Source: Actinomycetaceae bacterium (lineage in GTDB: Bacteria > Actinomycetota > Actinomycetes > Actinomycetales > Actinomycetaceae). Taken from it: a stretch of 64,000 bases of DNA. This document shows positions 9,727 through 19,809 of this stretch, piece by piece. The position numbers were made by a program, and so were the translations under genes. The stretch spans positions 8,334 through 72,333 of the forward strand of contig JAUNHH010000005.1 in NCBI GenBank assembly GCA_030524055.1, given 5' to 3'. Position 1 is the first letter of the stretch. Each line of letters begins with the position of its first letter. Under the pieces are notes generated by a model. That model saw only the letters and a program-made list of their open reading frames with translations. It was not told the origin of the DNA and did not search any database.

Positions 9727-11475
9727 GTGTCAACCTCAGCCCTATCTCCCCAATACCGCAGCGAATCTCTTGCTGCAATGGCCTCTCAGCGCCTCGATAT
9801 CTTAGTTATTGGCGGCGGCGTGACAGGCGCTGGTATTGCCCTTGACGCTGCCACACGCGGACTGAAAGTCGGTATTGTTGAAGCCCAAGACTGGGCTTCC
9901 GGCACTTCCTCTCGCTCCTCAAAACTTGTTCACGGCGGCTTGCGCTACCTGTATCAACTCGACTTCGCCCTCGTTGCTGAATCCCTGACTGAGCGCGGAC
10001 TTCTGCTCACCACCACTGCTCCGCACCTCGTCAAAGGGCAGCCTTTCCTGTGGCCACTGCGCACCCCGGTGATTGAGCGCAGCTACTCAGCAGTAGGCGT
10101 GGGCATGTACGACACCATTGCCCAATTCGCTCACCGCGGCTCTGTGCCCATCCAAAAGCACTACTCCCGCAAAGGCTCCCTAGCCCTAGCCCCGTCGCTG
10201 CGCCCCGACTCTCTGGTTGGTTCCATCGTTTACTACGACGCCCGCGTTGATGACGCCCGACTCGTCGTTGACCTGGTCCGCACTGCCGCCGCTCACGGCG
10301 CCTACGCCGCCAACCGCGTCCAGGTCACAAAAGTCACCACCGGCCCCGATGGCCGCGTCAACGGCGCTGACCTGCGCGACCTTGAAACCGGTGAAGACCT
10401 GCACGTTGCCACCCGCGCCATTATTAACGCCACCGGCGTATGGACTGAAAAGACCCAGACCCTGGCAGGTGGAGAAGGCGGCCTGAAAGTCCTCGCCTCC
10501 AAGGGTATCCACGTGGTGATCCCCAAAGAACGCATCCAATCTGAGGTCGGCATTTTCGTGCGGACCGAAAAGTCAGTGCTCTTTATTATCCCGTGGAAGC
10601 GCTACTGGGTGATTGGCACCACCGACACCAAGTACACAGAAGACCGCCTCGAACCGGTGGCAGACGCTGAAGACGTCGATTACGTCCTTGACCATGCCAA
10701 CCAGGTCCTTAATGTCAACCTCACCAGGGATGACGTGATCGGCACCTTTGCTGGCCTGCGCCCGTTGCTGCAGCCCGGCGTTATTGAAGGCGGCGAAAAG
10801 GCCTCCACCAAGGTCTCTCGTGAACACACTGTGACCGAAGCAGCCCCTGGCCTGACCGTTATTGCTGGCGGCAAACTCACCTCTTACCGGAAGATGGCTG
10901 AAGACGCCGTCAACTTCACCATTGGCAAGCGCGCCAGCAAATCGCGTCCATCGCTGACCAAGCGCACCCCACTACAAGGTGCCGTTGGCTATGAGTCCGC
11001 GTGGCGTCGCCGCGCTGCTATTGCCGCCGAATCCGGCCTTGATGTCAGCCGTGTTGAGGATCTTCTCGACCGCTACGGCACCGACATTGACCTCCTCTTC
11101 GACGCCATTGCCGCCCAGCCTGACCTGGGTAAACCGCTAGCGGGAGCCCCAGAGTACCTGCGCGCGGAAATCGCTTTTGGTGTCACTCACGAGGGCGCGG
11201 TTCACCTTGATGACCTGCTCTCACGCCGTACCCGCCTGTGCTACGAGCACCGCGACCGCGGCCTATCCGCAGCGGAAGAAATCGCCGATATTGCTGCCGA
11301 CCTGCTCGGTTGGGATGAAGCTAAACGTGCCGCTGAACTCCAGTGGTACCGCGACCGCTGCGACGCTGAAGAACAAGCCCTTGGAATCGCTGAAGAATCC
11401 GAGGCACAAGCCGTTCGTGAAAAGGTAGCGCCAATCGTTCCCTTCCTGGACGTAGCACCTCATATTGACGGCTGA
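9727..11475 (+). CDS. glpD: FAD-dependent glycerol-3-phosphate dehydrogenase
   Basis: FAD-binding DILVIGGGVTGAGIALDAATRGLKVGIVE and a GlpD-family C-terminus. Start set at GTG 9727, preceded by GAGGAG with 6-nt spacing; the upstream part of the track ORF (from 9631) lacks an RBS. Confidence 0.85.
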   Translation: MSTSALSPQYRSESLAAMASQRLDILVIGGGVTGAGIALDAATRGLKVGIVEAQDWASGTSSRSSKLVHGGLRYLYQLDFALVAESLTERGLLLTTTAPHLVKGQPFLWPLRTPVIERSYSAVGVGMYDTIAQFAHRGSVPIQKHYSRKGSLALAPSLRPDSLVGSIVYYDARVDDARLVVDLVRTAAAHGAYAANRVQVTKVTTGPDGRVNGADLRDLETGEDLHVATRAIINATGVWTEKTQTLAGGEGGLKVLASKGIHVVIPKERIQSEVGIFVRTEKSVLFIIPWKRYWVIGTTDTKYTEDRLEPVADAEDVDYVLDHANQVLNVNLTRDDVIGTFAGLRPLLQPGVIEGGEKASTKVSREHTVTEAAPGLTVIAGGKLTSYRKMAEDAVNFTIGKRASKSRPSLTKRTPLQGAVGYESAWRRRAAIAAESGLDVSRVEDLLDRYGTDIDLLFDAIAAQPDLGKPLAGAPEYLRAEIAFGVTHEGAVHLDDLLSRRTRLCYEHRDRGLSAAEEIADIAADLLGWDEAKRAAELQWYRDRCDAEEQALGIAEESEAQAVREKVAPIVPFLDVAPHIDG

Positions 11476-11569
11476 CCGACTCATAGGGTGGACATCTGGC
11501 TCCGACGGGGTCAGACTTTCCTACGGCCCTTATCCTGCCCGTGCGGCGGGGTAAGGGCCCAATCGGCCT

Positions 11570-11607
11570 CGCGCCGTCCTCGTCAATGCCTATTGACGAG
11601 GGCGGAG
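11570..11607 (+). other. Hairpin CCGTCCTCGTCAAT-gcct-ATTGACGAGGGCGG in the glpD–glpF intergenic region
   Basis: Near-perfect inverted repeat containing the family-A core, with no T-tract; possible attenuator, processing or operator site within the glp operon. Confidence 0.35.
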
Positions 11608-11676
11608 TAAATCCCATCACGGAGCCGATACCCCATGAGACCGACCCCTTCGGGAGTCGGAGAAAGGTAGGCCTTT

Positions 11677-12462
11677 GTGCTTGCATCAATTGTCCCTGCC
11701 GTAGCAACAGAAACACCGACTGTGACTCAGTTCTTTATGTCGGAGCTTCTGGGAACTGCGGTTCTGTTGCTTCTTGGCGCCGGTGTTGTCGCCACGAATC
11801 TGCTGCCGAAATCTAAAGGACGTGAGGGCGGCTGGCTCCTCGTGAACTTCGGGTGGGGCCTGGCAGTTTTCGCCGGTGTCTACGTTGCCTACTACTCCGG
11901 TGGGCACCTCAACCCTGCTGTGACCATTGCAAAATGGGTCGCCTCATTCTTTGACCCCGCAGTGACCCTGGCCAAGGGTGTTCCCGCAAGCCCAGCTAAT
12001 GTTGCTCTGTATATTTGCGCCCAATTCCTCGGTGCCTTTATTGGTGCTGTCCTGGCGTGGGTTGCCTTCAAGCAACACTTCGATGAAGAAGCAGATCCAG
12101 GCATCAAATTGGGTGTCTTCTCCACCGGTCCCGCCATCCGCTCCTACGGATGGAATCTCACTACCGAAGCCATTGCCACTGCAGTCCTGGTGATCTGGGT
12201 TTTGGTTTCCGGTTACTCTCCCTCAGGTCTTGGGCCCTTAGGTGTTGCTATGCTGATTGTCGGTATTGGTGCCTCCCTTGGTGGCCCCACCGGCTATGCC
12301 ATCAACCCTGCTCGCGACCTGGCTCCGCGCCTCGCGCACGCTCTCTTGCCAATTAAGGGTAAGGGCGGCTCGGACTGGGGTTACTCCTGGGTTCCTGTCG
12401 TCGGCCCGATTATTGGTGCCGTTATTGCCACGATCCTTGTGTACGCCACAGGACTGGCCTGA
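11677..12462 (+). CDS. glpF: Aquaglyceroporin / glycerol uptake facilitator (MIP family)
   Basis: Two NPA boxes (GGHLNPAVTIA; NPARDLAPR) and six TM segments; GTG start preceded by GGAGAAAGGTAGG. Confidence 0.85.
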   Translation: MLASIVPAVATETPTVTQFFMSELLGTAVLLLLGAGVVATNLLPKSKGREGGWLLVNFGWGLAVFAGVYVAYYSGGHLNPAVTIAKWVASFFDPAVTLAKGVPASPANVALYICAQFLGAFIGAVLAWVAFKQHFDEEADPGIKLGVFSTGPAIRSYGWNLTTEAIATAVLVIWVLVSGYSPSGLGPLGVAMLIVGIGASLGGPTGYAINPARDLAPRLAHALLPIKGKGGSDWGYSWVPVVGPIIGAVIATILVYATGLA

Positions 12463-12593
12463 TCTGTTCCGATCATCTGATCGGTTCATCCCCGCAGACG
12501 ATGGGGGCGGAGCCGCTCCGTTTCTTCCTTGAGGCGGTTGGCGGCCCCGCCCTCGTCACCACAACGAAGTGAAAAGAAGGGCATACACAACCC

Positions 12594-14114
12594 ATGTCTG
12601 AAACCAAATATGTTCTCGCCATTGACCAAGGAACCACCTCCTCGCGAGCCATTATTTTTGACCACTCCGGGCAGATCGTGTCTGTCGGCCAGAAAGAGCA
12701 TGAGCAGATTTTCCCAAGGGCAGGATGGGTTGAGCACAACGCCATTGAGATCTGGGAAAATGTCCGAGAGGTCGTTGCTCAGGCCCTTGCCAAGGCTGAA
12801 CTGAATAAGAACGACCTGGCAGCAGTAGGCATTACCAACCAGCGTGAAACCACAGTGGTGTGGGATCGCACGACTGGCGAACCCGTCTACAACGCCATTG
12901 TCTGGCAGGACACCCGCACCCAAGCCATCGTTGACGAACTCGCTGGCGACGAAGGCCCCGAAAAATACAAGGACATTGTGGGCCTGCCCCTGGCCACCTA
13001 CTTCGCTGGACCCAAGGTCAAGTGGATCCTCGACAATGTCGAAGGAGCCCGTGAGCGCGCCGAAGCTGGCGACCTGCTGATGGGCACCATGGACACCTGG
13101 GTCCTGTGGAACCTTACCGGCGGCGTCGAAACCGGCGTCCACGCCACTGATGTCACCAACGCCTCCCGTACCCTCCTGATGGATCTGAAGACCCTCGATT
13201 GGGATCAATCCATTGTGGCGGATATGGGTATTCCTACCTCTATGCTGCCCAAGATCGTGTCCTCCGCTGAGGTCTACGGCAATGGCCGTCCACAGGGCCT
13301 TCTCGCGGGCGTGCCCATTGCTGGCATCCTCGGAGACCAGCAGGCCGCCACCTTCGGTCAGGCCTGTTTCGAGGTTGGCATGGCCAAGAACACCTACGGC
13401 ACCGGCTGCTTCATGATTATGAACACCGGCACCGAGATTGTGCCCTCGAAGAATGGCCTGCTCACCACCGTGTGCTACAAGATCGGTGAAGCCGCACCGA
13501 TTTACGCACTGGAAGGCTCTATTGCTGTCACCGGTTCGCTGGTCCAGTGGCTGCGCGACAATCTGCGGATGTTTGATTCTGCGCCAGAGATTGAGCAGCT
13601 GGCCTCCACAGTGGAAGACAATGGTGGAACCTACGTGGTTCCCGCCTTCTCTGGCCTCTTTGCTCCCTACTGGCGTTCCGATGCGCGCGGTGCCATTGTG
13701 GGTCTGACCCGCTATGTCAACCGTGGACACATTGCGCGCGCCGTACTGGAAGCCACCGCTTTCCAGACCCGCGAAGTGCTGGACGCTATGGAAGCCGATT
13801 CTGGCGTGAAGCTGTCTGAACTGAAGGTTGACGGCGGTATGACTGCCAATGAGACCCTCATGCAATTCCAGGCTGACCAGCTCGGTACCGATGTTGTTCG
13901 CCCTGTTGTTGCGGAAACTACCGCTCTGGGTGCGGCCTATGCCGCCGGTATTGCCGTGGGCTTCTGGGCAGGCGAACAGGATGTCATCGACAACTGGGCC
14001 GAAGACAAGCGCTGGACCCCGAAGGTGGACGAAGACGAGCGTGCTCGCCAGTACCGCCTGTGGAAGAAAGCTGTGACACGGACCTTCGACTGGGTCGATG
14101 AGGATGTGAAGTGA
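12594..14114 (+). CDS. glpK: Glycerol kinase
   Basis: N-terminus [23 protein letters not shown] (FGGY kinase), full-length similarity to GlpK; third gene of the glp operon. Confidence 0.9.
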   Translation: MSETKYVLAIDQGTTSSRAIIFDHSGQIVSVGQKEHEQIFPRAGWVEHNAIEIWENVREVVAQALAKAELNKNDLAAVGITNQRETTVVWDRTTGEPVYNAIVWQDTRTQAIVDELAGDEGPEKYKDIVGLPLATYFAGPKVKWILDNVEGARERAEAGDLLMGTMDTWVLWNLTGGVETGVHATDVTNASRTLLMDLKTLDWDQSIVADMGIPTSMLPKIVSSAEVYGNGRPQGLLAGVPIAGILGDQQAATFGQACFEVGMAKNTYGTGCFMIMNTGTEIVPSKNGLLTTVCYKIGEAAPIYALEGSIAVTGSLVQWLRDNLRMFDSAPEIEQLASTVEDNGGTYVVPAFSGLFAPYWRSDARGAIVGLTRYVNRGHIARAVLEATAFQTREVLDAMEADSGVKLSELKVDGGMTANETLMQFQADQLGTDVVRPVVAETTALGAAYAAGIAVGFWAGEQDVIDNWAEDKRWTPKVDEDERARQYRLWKKAVTRTFDWVDEDVK

Positions 14115-14205
14115 CGCGCTAGAGTGTGAGTGCGCTCAAAGATGATGAGGCGGGTCCACCGTGGTGGGCCCGCCTTGTCGCTTGTCTTGAGCCTCTCGCT
14201 ATGAT

Positions 14206-14841
14206 TTGTGGTATGAGATTGGCGCGTTAAAGCGTCAAGAGCACCCCTTAAGCGGCATTACGCTATGGTCTATGAACGAGTTCGGAGAGACTACCTATTT
14301 GGTTGTCGATGGTGAAAATATCGACGCCACTTTGGGTTTATCAGTTTTAGATCGACGCCCTAACCCTGAAGAACGCCCTCGCTGGGATCGAGTAATGATT
14401 GCTGCGGCGGAGAAGTGGGGAGGGGGAGCAACTGGCCTGTTCTTCCTGAATGGTTCCCATGGCAGTTTGCCAATGGGTTTTGTCCAGGCCTTAATGGCAA
14501 TGGAGTACCGGGTGATTCCTTTGGCGGGCCCGGAAACCATGAAAGTGGTGGATATTGGCGTCCAGAAAACCCTAGAGGCTATTAGCCATTTGGATTCTGG
14601 GTCGGTCATCCTTGCCAGTCATGACGGGGATTTTGTGCCCCAGATTGAGACACTATTGGCACAGGGCCGTCGTGTTGCGGTGATGGGTTTCCGCGAGTTT
14701 GTCTCCAGTCAATTGCAGGAATTGATTGAGGCTGGCCTGGAAATCATCGACTTAGAATATGACGTTGAGGCATTCCAAGTGAAGTTGCCGCGTCTGCACA
14801 TTATTGATGTGGAGGACTTCAATCCATACGACTACCTGTGA
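14206..14841 (+). CDS. NYN-domain (LabA-like, PIN-like nuclease fold) protein
   Basis: LVVDGENIDATLG … ILASHDGDFVP pattern of NYN/LabA domains; the start may be the internal Met at ~14263. Confidence 0.5.
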   Translation: MWYEIGALKRQEHPLSGITLWSMNEFGETTYLVVDGENIDATLGLSVLDRRPNPEERPRWDRVMIAAAEKWGGGATGLFFLNGSHGSLPMGFVQALMAMEYRVIPLAGPETMKVVDIGVQKTLEAISHLDSGSVILASHDGDFVPQIETLLAQGRRVAVMGFREFVSSQLQELIEAGLEIIDLEYDVEAFQVKLPRLHIIDVEDFNPYDYL

Positions 14842-14874
14842 TGGTGGTGAGGTGAAACGGAGAGCGAGCCGGGC

Positions 14875-15753
14875 GTGCGCCGGTGCACTTCTGAATCTCG
14901 ACTGTCCTTTGTGAACTCACCTTTTCACCTCATGGAAATATATGCTGAAGTGGCTTTTTCCTTGCCAGGCCATGTGGCTGGTGATGTGCCTGGCAAGATC
15001 CACCAGATTCTTGATACGGAGCGAGCCTTAGTGGGTTGGGGCGATTCCCTTTGGGGGATTCACAAGGGCTCGCACGTAGAAACCTGGGGCGAGGTGCCCA
15101 CAGACGCGGGGGCGGTGATTGGCGGAGGGCGTAGTCCCAGCGGCATCCTTCTTATGACAAAAAACGAGGGCGGGGCGCGCATTTTTTGCCTGGATTCTGT
15201 TGGCGCCGTGCTGTGGGAACTGCCCTTATCCGCGCGGGTTGGCCGCGGTGGCCTGACAGCGAATGGCAATGTGTGGACAGTAGAAAAATGGGCAGAATCA
15301 GGAAAAGAGTACAACCGGGTCTGCCTCCTTGCCCTGCCTGATGGTGAGTGTCTGGCCGCCACCGAGGTTCTCAGCGGCGGGTTTATCCCCTGGATGGCCT
15401 GTACTTCTACTGCTTCTGGCGTGGTCGTTGCGCATAACTCTTATGACTATGAAGCTGCGCGAATAGGAATGCTTGAAACGAGTGGCCAGCGGTGGGTTGA
15501 TCTTGACTGCGGTGATGTCGTCGCGGTGGTGTGGGAAGGTGACATTATTGCTACTGTTCATGATTGGGAATCGCCCCTGACCTGCTATTTATGGCGCGTA
15601 GATCCGCGGGGGCGGGCGCAGAAAATCGCGAGCAGAATCTGGGAGGAGCTCGATTGCGAACCCATTTTCGGCTACGAGGGCGGGGCTCATCTCTTTAATG
15701 GGAACACCTGGTTGCGGACCTCTATTACTGATCTGGTGCGCGCCCGGGAATAG
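14875..15753 (+). CDS. Hypothetical protein
   Basis: Long ORF with coding-like composition and no recognisable motifs; a more likely start is ATG 14932 (MEIYAEV…). Contains one in-CDS family-A core copy. Confidence 0.35.
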   Translation: MRRCTSESRLSFVNSPFHLMEIYAEVAFSLPGHVAGDVPGKIHQILDTERALVGWGDSLWGIHKGSHVETWGEVPTDAGAVIGGGRSPSGILLMTKNEGGARIFCLDSVGAVLWELPLSARVGRGGLTANGNVWTVEKWAESGKEYNRVCLLALPDGECLAATEVLSGGFIPWMACTSTASGVVVAHNSYDYEAARIGMLETSGQRWVDLDCGDVVAVVWEGDIIATVHDWESPLTCYLWRVDPRGRAQKIASRIWEELDCEPIFGYEGGAHLFNGNTWLRTSITDLVRARE

Positions 15754-15779
15754 TGGCCCTTCAAGATGCGGGCGGTTCT

Positions 15780-15990
15780 TTGACAAACCGCGCCCACAAC
15801 GCGCTGGCGCCGCTACAAGTGCGTCCTGGCGGCGCTTTGTCCTCCCTTCGATTGAAGAGGTCGGGTGTTTGTGCAGGTGGGCTTTTCTGCTCCGCGGCTA
15901 TTCTTGGACAACCCGCCATCACAACGCGCTTTGGCCGACTGAAAGTCATTGTGGCGGCGCTTTGTCCGCCGGCGTGATAGGAAAGGGCCG
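15780..15990. repeat. Family-B palindromic repeat array (reverse orientation)
   Basis: GACAAACCGCGCCCACAACGCG…CGTCCTGGCGGCGCTTTGTCC repeated twice. Confidence 0.6.
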
Positions 15991-16042
15991 GACAGGAAAA
16001 CCTGCCCGGCCCACAAGCCACACCCGCCTCAAGCGGAGGGGA

Positions 16043-16759
16043 TCAGCTCTTTTGCTTCAGCGCCGCTAAACGCGCCTCAACCTCGAACTGGGAAGCGTCA
16101 GTTTCCAGCTCGGCAAACTGCGACTCCAGCGACGAGGCGGCAATCTCTGCCTTGCCCTGAGCCAAAGCTTCCTGACGACGCACGCGATCTTCAAAGCGGG
16201 ACAACTCAGAAGTCGGGTCAAGAACATTAATCGACGAAATCGCGTCAGTGACCTTCGCCTGAGCTTCAGCGGACTTCTGGCGAGCCACCAGCTGATCGCG
16301 CTTTGACTTGAGTTCTTCCAACTTGGTCTTCATCTGGGCCAGGCCAGCGGTCAACTTGGAGACAACCTCAGTCTGAGAAGCAATCATGGGTTCAGCTTCC
16401 TTAGCTTCACCCTCGTACTGGATCTGCTTGCCAATAGCGACCCGTGCCAGGCCATCCCACTTATCGGCGCCCGCAGTATCGCCAGCGGCACGCATTTCTT
16501 CAGCCTTAGCTGAAGCAGCGGCAGCCTTACGGCCCCAGTCAGCAGCCACAGAGACATCTTCTGCATGCTCTTTTTCAGCCAGACGCAGATTGCCAACAGT
16601 TTGGGCAACAGCGTGCTCCGCTTCAATAATGGAGTTCGTGTAATCGCGGATGAGCTGGTCAAGCATCTTCTGCGGATCCTCGGCACGATCAATGATGGCG
16701 TTAATATTCGCTTTGGCCAACTGAGCGATACGGCCAAAGATGGTCTGCTTTTCTGCCAT
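16043..16759 (-). CDS. pspA: PspA/IM30-family protein (phage-shock protein A homologue)
   Basis: Start MAEKQTIFGRIAQLAKANINAIIDRAEDPQKMLDQLIRD is the canonical PspA N-terminus, with AGGAGGG 5 nt upstream; coiled coil throughout. The track ORF extends a further 22 codons upstream. Confidence 0.8.
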   Translation of the reverse strand: MAEKQTIFGRIAQLAKANINAIIDRAEDPQKMLDQLIRDYTNSIIEAEHAVAQTVGNLRLAEKEHAEDVSVAADWGRKAAAASAKAEEMRAAGDTAGADKWDGLARVAIGKQIQYEGEAKEAEPMIASQTEVVSKLTAGLAQMKTKLEELKSKRDQLVARQKSAEAQAKVTDAISSINVLDPTSELSRFEDRVRRQEALAQGKAEIAASSLESQFAELETDASQFEVEARLAALKQKS

Positions 16760-16887
16760 TGTCCCTCCTTGGGGTGTGGAGCTGAGGGGTGTCCTCACGC
16801 AAATCTTATCGGTACCTACACACACGTGCGCGGTGGAAATGCTGTGATCTGCCTATGCAGTGGGCGCTTCGCCATCAGAAGAATTCA

Positions 16888-16939
16888 CGAGGGCGGAGCG
16901 CGAAATCCTCACCGGAAAATTCCTGCGCCCCGCCCTCGT
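16888..16939. terminator. Inverted family-A pair ACGAGGGCGGAGCGC…GCGCCCCGCCCTCGT with a ~23-nt loop
   Basis: Sits at the 3' end of the minus-strand membrane coiled-coil gene and upstream of pspA. Confidence 0.5.
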
Positions 16940-16969
16940 CAATGCCCCACGCGAGCTGTGCCCACTGCC

Positions 16970-18427
16970 TTAGGAACGGCCACCCCACGTGCCACGACCT
17001 ATATCGAAAATCCGCTGCACATCACGCATATTCACATTGCGGCCCTTCGACAACACCCCGCTGAGCACCACCGAGGCAATCGCCTCGCCAAGTTCGGCAA
17101 TATCAGGATCCCCCGGGCGGCGAGGCGCCCCCTGCCCGACCTGCGGACCCTGATACTGAGCCCCCGGACCATCGATATCCACCAAAGGAACAGGCGTATT
17201 CAACACCTTCTCTGCCTGAGCAATCGCTTCCTGCGAGGCCGCAATGGACTGGGCAGGGGAGGAGTTCACCAATGCGCGCGCCCGAGTCAACGCCCCTTCC
17301 GCACTCATGAGCGTAGAGCGGCCTTCCAACGGAACCAGCCCGCGCCGCGACTGAACAAAAGCACGCGCCCGACGAATTGCCACAACCGCATCCTCTAACT
17401 GACGCTGAGCCGAACCCTCCTGCCGTGACCGCGCATCAGTTTGCCCACGCAGTGGCGCTAAAGCAGCATCCAAGGCATCCTCAGCAAGCCGCAGATTCTC
17501 CAATGCCGCCAAAGGATCGCCGTGACCTCCGCGAGCCTGACGCGCCTGATCCACTGCCGCATTCGCATCCTTGACCAGCGGCGCAAAAGCTTCCTCATCA
17601 GCGCCAAGGGTACGCACATCGGCAAGATCAGCAGTAATCGAAGCAATCGCCTGAGCTAAACGCTCATCCGCCTGCGACAAATCCGACTGGGCCTCCAGCA
17701 CCGCCTGAATCTGGTGACCCGCCATAGACACCGCCCGGCGCGCACGATCCAATGTCCGCAAGGCCTCAGCCCGGTCGGTCGCTAAAAGCGAGGCAGCCTG
17801 ATCGCAATTCTTCTCCGCCGAATCCAAAAGCGCCGCTGCCTGCCCCGGATTATCCTCTAAAGAGGCCACGCTCATCTGCGGATAGGCCACCTTCAGGGCC
17901 TCTAATTCCGCCTGCATACTGGGAATTTTGCCGCGGGCCTCATCGATTAACGCCCGCACTTCACCAACCTGCTCATCCGCCCCAGCCTGCGCATCACGCA
18001 TCTTCACAAAGTGCTCACGGGACTGAATCAACGCCGGCATCACCGCATCCAAAGTGCCAATCACGTGATCCGCCAAGGCGGCGCGCGCCGCCAGATTCGG
18101 TGCCTCATTCATCTGCTGCTGTAGCTCAAAGGCTTTGAGCAGGCCGCCTTTCGCTGCTTCAATCGCATCGGCATAGGCCTGAGTTGCGGAAATCCCAAAC
18201 TGGACGCGAGCAAACTCCAACTCATCACTGGCACTACGCGCCAACTCATCCGCTTCAAGCAGTCGCGACCCCGCCAACTCCACGCGGTCCTCTAATGCGC
18301 TCTCATCCCGCGCAGCCGCCCGCGCCATTGACTGACGTGTCGAACGCGACGAACGCGCCATTAAAATGCCCACGCCAATCAGCAGGACAAGACCAACAAA
18401 TGCAATAACAAGAAGAGCCTTGCCCAC
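16970..18427 (-). CDS. Membrane-anchored coiled-coil protein (PspA-associated; possibly TelA/Rv2743c-like)
   Basis: GTG start preceded by GGGAGG; N-terminal TM helix (GKALLVIAFVGLVLLIGVGILM) then ~450 aa of Ala/Glu/Arg-rich predicted coiled coil. Sits next to pspA, as in actinobacterial psp operons. The track ORF extends to 18685 without an RBS. Confidence 0.55.
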   Translation of the reverse strand: MGKALLVIAFVGLVLLIGVGILMARSSRSTRQSMARAAARDESALEDRVELAGSRLLEADELARSASDELEFARVQFGISATQAYADAIEAAKGGLLKAFELQQQMNEAPNLAARAALADHVIGTLDAVMPALIQSREHFVKMRDAQAGADEQVGEVRALIDEARGKIPSMQAELEALKVAYPQMSVASLEDNPGQAAALLDSAEKNCDQAASLLATDRAEALRTLDRARRAVSMAGHQIQAVLEAQSDLSQADERLAQAIASITADLADVRTLGADEEAFAPLVKDANAAVDQARQARGGHGDPLAALENLRLAEDALDAALAPLRGQTDARSRQEGSAQRQLEDAVVAIRRARAFVQSRRGLVPLEGRSTLMSAEGALTRARALVNSSPAQSIAASQEAIAQAEKVLNTPVPLVDIDGPGAQYQGPQVGQGAPRRPGDPDIAELGEAIASVVLSGVLSKGRNVNMRDVQRIFDIGRGTWGGRS

Positions 18428-18598
18428 GTCAGTACCTCCCAAGTGCTGGCGAGCCGAAAAATCCCCGCATAGGACAAGAATAGTCGGGCAGCAGGCCGAG
18501 CACGAGACAGAACTCATTAGGAGTAGATCAACGAGGGCGCGGCCACCTACAATAGTCAAAGGCTCAGCCGAGCTACCCTCATCTAAAAGGAGATAATT

Positions 18599-18976
18599 GT
18601 GCCCACCGGCAAGGTGAAGTTCTTCGACGTGGACCGAGGATTCGGGTTCATCGCCGGCGACGACGGAGTGGAGGTCTTCCTCCACTCCTCCGCGCTACCC
18701 GCTGACGGGCAAAATCCCCGTAAAGGCGCGCGCGTAGAATACGGCATTGCTGACGGCCGCAAAGGTCCACAAGCCCTCTCCGTGCGCATCCTGGAAGAAG
18801 CCCCCTCGGTCGCCCGCAACCAGAGGCGCAAACCTGAAGTTATGGTGGGCGTTATCGAGGACCTCATTAAGCTCCTCGACAATTCCTCTGGTCCGCTGCG
18901 CCGCGGAAAATACCCCGATAATGCCGCAAAGATCGCCAAGGTCTTACGTGCCGTTGCTGAGGACTTCGATGCCTGA
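18599..18976 (+). CDS. Cold-shock-domain protein with C-terminal extension
   Basis: N-terminal MPTGKVKFFDVDRGFGFIAGDDGVEVFLHSSAL is a CspA-type CSD (RNP1 motif GFGFI). Confidence 0.8.
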   Translation: MPTGKVKFFDVDRGFGFIAGDDGVEVFLHSSALPADGQNPRKGARVEYGIADGRKGPQALSVRILEEAPSVARNQRRKPEVMVGVIEDLIKLLDNSSGPLRRGKYPDNAAKIAKVLRAVAEDFDA

Positions 18977-19748
18977 CGCCGCCACCAAAGCCCGCGTTGA
19001 CGCCACCCTCGCTGCCGCCGTGACACAGGCTCACGACGCGGCAGTGGCGGTGGCCGGCGCCAACCTTGGGGAACACCTCGGTTTCCGTATGGATGCCGAA
19101 CGCCTGGGCACACACTCCTTTGCCTGCACCCACCCCGGATATATCGGATGGTGTTGGGCAGTCAGTGTTGCCCGTGCGCCGCGCTCGCGGAAAGTCACCA
19201 TTTGCGAGGTCGATCTGGTGCCTGGAGATGGCGCCCTTCTCGCCCCTGAATGGGTTCCGTGGGAAGAACGCCTCCAGCCTGGCGATTATGCCCGCGATGA
19301 CGTTATCCCTTACCGGGCTGACGATGAACGCCTTGACCAGGCCATGGAAGACACCTCTGACGATCCGGATGTGCTAGATATTCCTGAGGTGGGCTTAGGT
19401 CGGGCGCGGGTCCTCTCCGCTGAGGGGATTGGTTTGGCTGTGCGCCGCTGGTATCGCTCAGATCAGGGGCCCGCGCGGGGACGCCTGCCGAAGAATCCCT
19501 GCTCTACCTGCGGTTTCTTAGTGAAAATGTCCGGGTCAATGCGGACAATCTTCGGCGTATGCGCTAATGAGTGGGCTCAAGATGATGGCCGAGTGGTCTC
19601 TTTAGATCACACCTGTGGCGCCCATTCTGAGACCGATATCCCAAGCTCAGGTCCCGAGTGGTCAGTGCGCCCCTCGCGGATCAATGATTTTGTCGTTGAG
19701 GCAGAGAAAATGCCCGCAAAGGACGAGGACGGGGCACAACCCGCATAA
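18969..19748 (+). CDS. DUF3027-family protein
   Basis: ATG overlaps the csp stop by 8 nt (translational coupling); conserved C-terminal Cys/His cluster (…PCSTCGFLVKMSGSMRTIFGVCANEWAQDDGRVVSLDHTCGAHSE) matches DUF3027. The track ORF starts further upstream at 18747. Confidence 0.6.
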   Translation: MPDAATKARVDATLAAAVTQAHDAAVAVAGANLGEHLGFRMDAERLGTHSFACTHPGYIGWCWAVSVARAPRSRKVTICEVDLVPGDGALLAPEWVPWEERLQPGDYARDDVIPYRADDERLDQAMEDTSDDPDVLDIPEVGLGRARVLSAEGIGLAVRRWYRSDQGPARGRLPKNPCSTCGFLVKMSGSMRTIFGVCANEWAQDDGRVVSLDHTCGAHSETDIPSSGPEWSVRPSRINDFVVEAEKMPAKDEDGAQPA

Positions 19749-19809
19749 TTCATGTGTCCTGTTGCGAGGGATTTTGCTCGGGTGGGTGACCACAGCGGAT
19801 AATCTCTTG

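Noticed and set aside
12486-13865. 459-aa minus-strand ORF antisense to glpK, and similar long antisense ORFs (16565-17398, 35524-36228, 37152-38000, 47204-48043, 48224-49417, 56168-57517, 59180-60085, 61573-62406)
   Set aside because: High-GC genomes generate long stop-free antisense frames. These overlap well-supported genes, have Arg/Pro/Gly-rich low-complexity translations and lack RBS or start context.
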